A DNA stretch of 39,455 bases, from NCBI GenBank assembly GCA_943704425.1, contig CALSCP010000969.1, forward strand, positions 1-39,455. Direction: 5' to 3'. The translations under genes were made by a program, and so were the position numbers. Each line of letters starts with the position of its first letter. Within the stretch, counting starts at the first letter, position 1. This DNA is from Ministeria vibrans ATCC 50519 (Eukaryota > Protista > Filasterea). Below the pieces are notes generated by a model, which was not told where the DNA came from, ran no database searches, and saw only the letters and a list, made by a program, of their open reading frames with translations. Of the stretch, positions 32,889 through 39,455 are shown in pieces.

Positions 32889-34868
32889 TCACTGGCGAGT
32901 CCCTCTTGTCTCCCACGGGTTGCCTTTTTGACGAGAATTCACCTGCATTTCCGTGAGCAAACGCCTGGCAACGTCACTGTTGCCAGGGGGAAAAGTGGCT
33001 CTGCCGCCAGGAAGGCAAAAAGTGGGATCGGAATTCTGCAGAGCGGTGACTGCAAAGGCGAGCGCGCGTCTGTGCTCCAGAGACAGCTTTGCAGTTAGAT
33101 ACAGATTATTGAGTTGCACATGCGTCTCTCTGACAAACGAGGCACACTGATCACGAGCAAATGGGGACTGCACAAAATGCAGCAGGCAGATGAGAGCGAC
33201 ATTGTCATACTCGTCAATGTGATGTTCGTAGCACGGCTGACCGACAAGATGGGATCTGTAGGACGGGCAACCGAAGCTTTTGTTAAGGAGTCGCTCTGCA
33301 AACTGCAGCTTTGAATCCAACCGCTCTAGTTCCTCTGGCCACATACGGGGCATGTAAAGCCAACCTGACAGACGGCGGCGGGTAGGGAGTGGCTTGCAGA
33401 CAAGACCGGGAAGTGTGTCCAGAAGAAGTTTGAATTGGGCGTAATGGCAAGGAGAGCAGGGTGTGTGATTGACGGTTAGCTCGAGCAGTTTAATTGCGTG
33501 CTCGAGCGACACAGTGAACCCAGGTCGCAACTTCCTTTCGTTCCCCTCAAGCTCAAATATCGCGGGCCAGGAATCGACTAAATCAGACAGACGCGCACAG
33601 GGAACAACGGCGGTGTCGTCGGGTGAGAGGCGTGCATGTGTGAGTACGTATCGCATGAGCTCATTTTCGTCGGCATGCACCATTTGAGAGAGAGAATTGA
33701 AAAGAAAATCTTGATGAAGCAGCAGCGAGTGCTGGTGGCGCACAAGGCACTCCCATCGAACGCGATCGAATGGTGAGGCTTGCTCCTTGATAGCCTCGAT
33801 ATGGTGCAATGAGATGGGGCAAGTTTTGGGAGAGACTGAAGACTGAGCAGCGGAGTTGCGACAATCACACTGGGTCTGAATACACACGTCAAAGTGTGCC
33901 GGGTCAATGGAGAAGTGGTCGTTCTGTTGAAGACCGAGTGAGCATGCTGCTGCATGGCCGATCAATGCTGCATTAGGAGAGGCCAAAGGAAGACTCAGCA
34001 GAGCACGGGTGATGCATGCCGATGCACTCGAGAGGTCGGTCGCGGCACTTGTGTTCTTCCGCCTCTTCATGATATTCGAACGAAACTGCACCCAGCGATC
34101 TCTGGTGCTTCCACAACTCTTGTCGGTAATGACAATTGTGACCGCTCGCTTTGCGTCCTGCAGTTCAAAATGTCGAGAAAACATCCTCAGCGCTCTCTTT
34201 CGCAGCAACTCCAGCATGGCCAGCGGATCGCCCTGCGTCGCACACGCGGATTGCAGGACACCAGGGCCCGTTGCATTGCCTGCGGAGGACTGGTCAAGAA
34301 TCAACTGCACCACGTCCTCAATGCCAGACTCTAATGCTCCCTGGACCGCGCCCGTGTCAAGGATGTAGGGGTAATTGTCGGTCATCACTTGCAGAACTGT
34401 CTCCTACAGCAAAGAAAGAAAGGATCGATATGGACGAACTTGCGATTCTTTTCATTTTTTTGTATATATTTCAATGAATACCATGCAACCAGAGCGCGCA
34501 GCCAGCCGAAGTCCATCGTCAGGGAAGATGGGGGCCAGGCGAGGGAAGGCGTGGAGGAAATGGAGGAGGTGGTGACAGCCATTGCGAAGGGCGACTTGGA
34601 CGAATTGCGGGTCAACACTGTCTCGACCCACCTGGAGCATTCCTTGCGAAACGAGACGCTTCCATACGTAGGTGCGCGTGCACGCGCGTAGCAGGATTTC
34701 CAGCGAGCGGGTCGAGCGCGCGGTAGGCTGCAGGTGAGCGGAGGTGGCAAATCCGTCGGACGACGAGACGGAAAAAAAGGAGTGGGAAGAATGGCGAAGC
34801 GCCACTGCTGTTTCGGGTGGACACTTGTTAAGAATGAGGACCAAAAGGTGGTCGCTGAGGAGGCACAT
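32889..34868 (-). CDS. F-box-like protein with degenerate ankyrin-like helical repeats; intron 34404-34481
   Basis: N-terminal MCLLSDHLLVLILNKCPPETAVALRHSSHSFFSV fits the F-box pattern. Repeats ALRNGCHHLLHFL, AARSGCMETVLQV, ALESGIEDVVQLIL, ACATQG..AMLELL. The GT-AG intron joins the 139-aa and 499-aa ORFs in frame. Confidence 0.65.
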
Positions 34869-35419
34869 CAAAATGTCGTGATGGGCTCAACAAACTTTAA
34901 AAAAAAAACTCAATTTTTTATGTCGAATGAATAATAATAAAATAAATTATAATAATAATTATAATTATTATTATTATTATTCGTGTATTAGCATTGACTT
35001 TTAATTATTTGAGGGTCGATTTCATTTCACACAACTTTTACTATCACCCTCCCGAACGGCCGAACCCCCCGTTTGTTTCCCTACCCATCCATTTCCATAT
35101 CTTTATCCTCATAATCTAACACACAGTCACGACAACAAGCACGCCAGCCGCCCTACAGCTGACCCGCCCCGCCTGTGTACCACCGGAGCGCCCCGCAGCC
35201 ACCCAGCTGGACTTGCCGCCGCCAACCACCGATCCGATTGCTTCAACCACGACTTCGACTTTTACACTCCTTGCCGACAGACACCTCCATGCATGGTGTC
35301 AGAGCCCTAAGCCCCTACTGCAAACAAACATATGTGACCCTACTATTATTGTCATGAGACACTTGATCAGAACGATAACACACAAACCAGTGAAACCACA
35401 GTACAGAAAGTTTACTTGA

Positions 35420-36166
35420 TCACTCGTCTGTGGATGAACGTTTCGACACCCATTCTGAGTGCAACAAATCAACAAAACGCCCGAGTTGCCCGCTCAGCGC
35501 ACCCAAAGAATCTGCGGTCCTCTCAAACGCCACTGCAGCCCTCTCCTGCGCCACTGCGAAGCGCTCTTGTGCAGCTACAGCCTTCTCCAGGCTCTCCTGC
35601 GCCACTGTGGAGCTCTCTTGTGCAGCTGCAGCCCTCTCCCGCGCCACAGCGCTCTTTGAAAGTTGCGCGCCAATCGCTTTTTCTTCCGGCAACTCGGTTG
35701 ATTTTGTGTTTCTCTCGACAATGCTTGCAGCGGCATCCTCCGTGGCAGCAGCAGCAGCAGCAGCAGCCTTCAGCTTTGCCTTGACAGCAGCCACCCGCCG
35801 TTGACGTGTCACGGCAAGCCTTGCACTTGCATTCTTCTTCTTCGTCGTGTCCCTCGCTTCGGTTTGCCTCTTTCTCTTGTTTGCCTCCCGCGCAACAACG
35901 TCTTCCATTGTCTCAAAGCTATCTATCATGTTCACTCCCTCTAAGGTGATATCATCCACTACATAAAAGTGCTCTTAAGTCTTAAAAAGAAAAGGTTCGA
36001 TTGATCATTGATCTCTGTTTTTATAACGTTTGTCGTAAAGTAAGACATTTTCGTCTTCTCTCGCTCCACCGCGCGCTTCTCCGGCAACTTTGGCCTCTTC
36101 CAAGTGTACACAAACGAGCCTCAAATCGACGACCGTTGGCTGTGTACTCGATTGTCGTTGATACTC
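35420..36166 (-). CDS. Coiled-coil orphan with 21-nt (7-aa, AVAQERA-like) tandem repeats; start unresolved, possibly a pseudogene or TE-derived
   Basis: 179-aa ORF follows acceptor atgtag (35959-35960). A putative donor at 36027 gives ...ENVLLYDK|LDDITLEG. The upstream frame is open only to 36166 and has no ATG. Confidence 0.5.
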
Positions 36167-36223
36167 TCATATTTCGATCGAATATCCACAGAACTGTCAA
36201 CAAAATTTCTCATCTTGAAAGTT

Positions 36224-36300
36224 GAAGTCTACGGCGGAACTCCGAACTCCGCGGAAGTACATTGTGCTGCTCTTTTTTTTGTATATAGTTTTGTTTTGAC
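36224..36300 (+). promoter_or_regulatory. Upstream element, copy 4, with internal duplication (GAAGTCTACGGCGGAACTCCGAACTCCGCGGAAGTAC-ATTGTGCTGCTCTTT...TTTTGAC)
   Basis: Near-identical blocks to 16586-16667; ~170 nt 5' of the CK1 ATG. Confidence 0.7.
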
Positions 36301-36397
36301 TTTTTTGATTATAAAAACAATAATAATAGTATTATAATATTATTATTATCATAAATATTTTAATTTCTAACGTTACTTAATTTTCTCCACTTGTGGT

Positions 36398-38419
36398 ATG
36401 GAAAAGATGGAGCTCCGGGTGGGTAACAAGTACCGACTGCAAAGGAAAATCGGTGCGCATTCGTTTTTTTTTTTTTTTGTGTTCTGTTTCATCGCGTCAC
36501 TCAACTCGTCCGTATCTCTTTATCTGGTCTGTAGGGAGCGGCTCCTTTGGCGATATCTACCTTGGCGAGTCTATCTCGAGCGGTACGTGCTGCGTCGCGA
36601 GCGAGAGATACGCAGAGATGCGCTCATTGGACGACTTCTCGACGCACTGTCGCTGACGTTTGTCAGGAAAAAGCCAAAAAAAGAGCTAAAAATCGAATGG
36701 GGATCGCCGACGCTTGGTCCATTGTGTCGAAGGGGTTGCATTACGCGTCTCTGGCAAAGCGAACGCGCGTTTTGCCCTGCTGCTCTCGTCCCTTTGTCAC
36801 CGCAAATATGAGAATGGCATCAAACGCGTCGCCCACCCCTTCGCCCGTCCTCTTTTGCCTCCCGCTGCCTTGCAGTCTGGTCTGCAGCATTGTCTATGCA
36901 ATACTACGCTACGCTTTGGAAATGGCCAAAAGAGCAAATCGCTCAAACAACCTGTCAAATTTTTTTTCATGTCTTCTCGTCACTGACCGAATCCGAACTG
37001 CATTCTCTTCTCCCACAGGCGAGCAAGTGGCGATTAAACTTGAGCCGTTGAAGGCACGCCACCCACAGTTGCAGTACGAGACAAAGCTGTACAAGATCCT
37101 GCACGGAGGCGAGGGGATTCCGTCCGTCCTGTAAGTGCGGGCCGTCTTGGGCCTTCTTGTGCCTTGTTCGCCGTCTCATTCTCCCTCTTGTCTCTCTTTT
37201 CCATATCGGTAGTTGGTATGGCGTGGAGGGCGACTTCAATGTGATGGTTCTTGAGCTCCTTGGACCCTCATTAGAAGACCTTTTCAACTACTGCAGTCGT
37301 CAGTTCTCCGTTAAGGTCCGCCTCACCTCATTGTCTCTTATGCTTTAGCGCCTTCTCATGGTGTGTGTCACTCCCTTAGACGGTTCTCATGTTGGCCGAC
37401 CAAATGATTGCTCGTCTTGAATTTGTCCACTCCAAAAACTACATTCATCGTGACATCAAACCAGACAATTTCCTGATGGGAATGCAAAAGCATTGCGGAA
37501 CCGTAAAAAAAACAAAAAGAACACCTTATTAATACCCAATGATTTAATTTTATTGTAATTGTTTGCCTCTGCAGGTATTCATCATCGACTTTGGTCTCTC
37601 AAAAAAGTACCGAGACTCGAAAACACGACGACACATTCCCTATCGCGAAGTACCCAAAATATCACAAAGAGAGAAACACGCTCACGCTCAACTCACCATA
37701 ATGACATGGTTCATTTTGCTGTGTAGGATAAGAACCTGACGGGCACTGCACGATACGCCTCCATCAATGCCCATCTGGGGATTGAGCAAAGCCGACGGGA
37801 TGACATGGAGTCGTTGGGCTACGTCCTCATGTACTTCTGTCGGGGTGCGCTCCCCTGGCAGGGCCTCAAGGTATCCCATTTTTATTTCTTTTTCTTTTAC
37901 TCACCACCCCCCCACTTTTTTTTTTTTTTTTTCCAACCATAATTAGGCTGCAACCAAGAAACAGAAATACGAACGAATTTCAGAGAAGAAGATGTCGACT
38001 CCAGTCGAAGTGCTCTGCAAAGTAGATGATACAATTCGCAATGACAATATTTATTATTAGTATTCATTTTGTTTTGTGTTTAGGGGTTTCCGACTGAGTT
38101 TGTGACGTATCTGCAGTACACGCGAGCACTGCGGTTTGACGAGACGCCCGATTATGCGCATCTGCGACAGTTGTTCCAGACCCTCTTCCGCAAAGAGAAG
38201 TATGTCAATGATGTCGGATACGATTGGGTGAGACGCACCTCACATAATGCACATTCACGCAACGACTCATGGCGAATTTTATAATGTTAGGTTCTCATTA
38301 AGCGCGCCAAAGAAGAACAAGTGGATGCGCGTCAACAGCGACTAGAACAACAGCGTCTCGAGCAACAGCAGCGACAACAGCAGCAACAGCAGCAAACCGC
38401 GACTGTCGCGACCGTCTAG
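36398..38419 (+). CDS. CSNK1: Casein kinase I, ~10 exons, short Gln-rich tail
   Basis: [15 protein letters not shown]|[16 protein letters not shown]....[81 protein letters not shown]. Confidence 0.98.
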
Positions 38420-39089
38420 CAGTCCTCATTCTCACACACTCCTGTTTGTTTTATACATTTCTTTTCTCTTATTTTTTGTCTCTCGAACGGCTCGTGGATC
38501 CAGCAAGGCAAATTTTGTTCGTGTCCTTGCGCTGTGCTTGTCGTGTCACCTGCTGGTGGTGATTGTGAGCTGGTGGCGGCCAGGCGATGTGGGAAATGTA
38601 CGCAAGTAACTGCGCTCGAGGTGTATTGCAGCAATGATCTCCTAGTTTAAATCACGTCTTGTTGTGTGCCTTCATTAAAGATCTCTAGTAGCCCTGGATG
38701 TGGTCTTGCGTGTCGTCAGTTTCTTCGCATCGTTTACACAAGCTGGACCTTCCCCCCACTCTTTCCAAAGAATATTAATTAACTATTGGTTGATGACTCG
38801 ATCATAAAACAACATTGACTGGAAACGCTCCAGACTACCGACGTGTTCAGAGCCATCCTCGCCGCCGGCCCGCCGCCACCCCCCTGACACACGCTAATGT
38901 CTTGTGCGTGCTGGTATTCAGTCCTTGTGCTCCTTTTTCACTCTTGAACTTGAGACGTACCGCAAATTCGATATACTGTGCACAAATTCTGCTCATGGAG
39001 TGTATTTTTGTCCTGTCGAGTATCATAATATCATATCACGACAATAATCACGTATGACGCATCAACTTTGCTCGGGTCAATCCCTTTTG

Positions 39090-39107
39090 GAAGGTTACGG
39101 CGGAACT
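39090..39107 (+). promoter_or_regulatory. Upstream element, copy 5 (GAAGGTTACGGCGGAACT)
   Basis: TACGGCGGAACT is identical to 36230-36241; ~125 nt 5' of the ATG at 39220. Confidence 0.55.
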
Positions 39108-39219
39108 TCTTGTTTGCCATTCAAAATAATTTTACTTTCATGTCACTATCTTATCTTTACTATTTACATTACAAATTCAAATCATACTTATTCTGCCTCT
39201 GCCTACAGCATCGACGTCG

Positions 39220-39401
39220 ATGTTGTTGGTTGCGCTTGTTGCAGCGACCCTGAGCGTGGCCGCGGCCCACACCGGGCGCCACTCCGCTCCAGTCGTCCTG
39301 AATGCCTTTGAGCTGACGCACGTTCGTCTCGTGCCCACTGATGCGCGTCGTCGCAGCGCCCCCGAGCACGTCTACGACCTGTCGTTGTCCGCCTTTGGCC
39401 T
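39220..39401 (+). CDS. First exon of a secreted protein, possibly an M12B/ADAM-type propeptide (3'-partial)
   Basis: Signal-like MLLVALVAATLSVAAA; YDLSLSAFG resembles reprolysin prodomains. Donor gtacgt at 39402, then intron-like sequence to the window end. Confidence 0.55.
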
Positions 39402-39455
39402 GTACGTCGTCTTCGGCTGCCCACTCTTTGTCTCTTAAACGTCCTCTTTTTTTTT

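Noticed and set aside
35990-36005. GGTTCGA resembling a tRNA T-loop / B box
   Set aside because: No cloverleaf stems or A box surround it; it lies in a putative intron.
37871-37946. Possible U12-type intron in CK1 (donor GTATCCC)
   Set aside because: It deviates from RTATCCTTT, has no TCCTTAAC-like branch site and carries a normal poly-T tract.
1-39455. Prokaryotic-type system (operon, CRISPR array, defence island, prophage)
   Set aside because: The genes are spliceosomal-intron-containing eukaryotic orthologues. No repeat-spacer array, cas gene, integrase or transposase is visible.
1-39455. Numerous short antisense or alternative-frame ORFs in the ORF track, including ORFs running through N gaps
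   Set aside because: They are shadows of GC-rich coding exons, microsatellite translations (poly-HT, poly-L/V, poly-K) or gap artefacts.
4950-39455. Functional cluster of a peptide-sensing kinase with proteases (carboxypeptidase, sedolisin, ADAM-like)
   Set aside because: The genes are far apart and interspersed with unrelated housekeeping genes; nothing in the sequence links them.

Overview
This is a gene-dense, intron-containing eukaryotic window, not a prokaryotic one. It shows GT-AG introns (mostly 50-150 nt), GC-rich exons, AT-rich spacers, microsatellites and two assembly gaps. A CHASE-type hybrid histidine kinase, a sedolisin and poly-Asn tracts suggest an amoebozoan-like protist (inference only). 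About 20 protein genes can be modelled: SNW1, CLP1, an orphan, a CHASE-PAS hybrid histidine kinase, ALG3, a triple-repeat zinc-finger orphan, an M14 carboxypeptidase, an ankyrin/PH-like protein, RMND5/GID2, a questin-oxidase-like protein, a doubtful small gene, SET/NAP-like, mitochondrial L23, a His/Gly-rich Spy/CpxP-like protein, POLR1C, TPP1-like sedolisin, ELP2, an F-box/ankyrin-like protein, a coiled-coil orphan, casein kinase 1 and the start of a secreted protein. No rRNA, tRNA, CRISPR array or transposase is recognisable. The most unusual items are: (1) CLP1 and its divergent neighbour both begin at splice acceptors 65 nt apart with no first exon for either, pointing to trans-spliced split genes, an inversion or a mis-join; (2) a recurrent GTCTACGGCGGAA-type element about 85-170 nt upstream of five + strand start codons; (3) an intronless protein made of three copies of a two-zinc-finger plus helical module I do not recognise; (4) a cytosolic-looking LTxxQ (Spy/CpxP/ZraP-like) protein. 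All gene models are read by eye and no database search was run.
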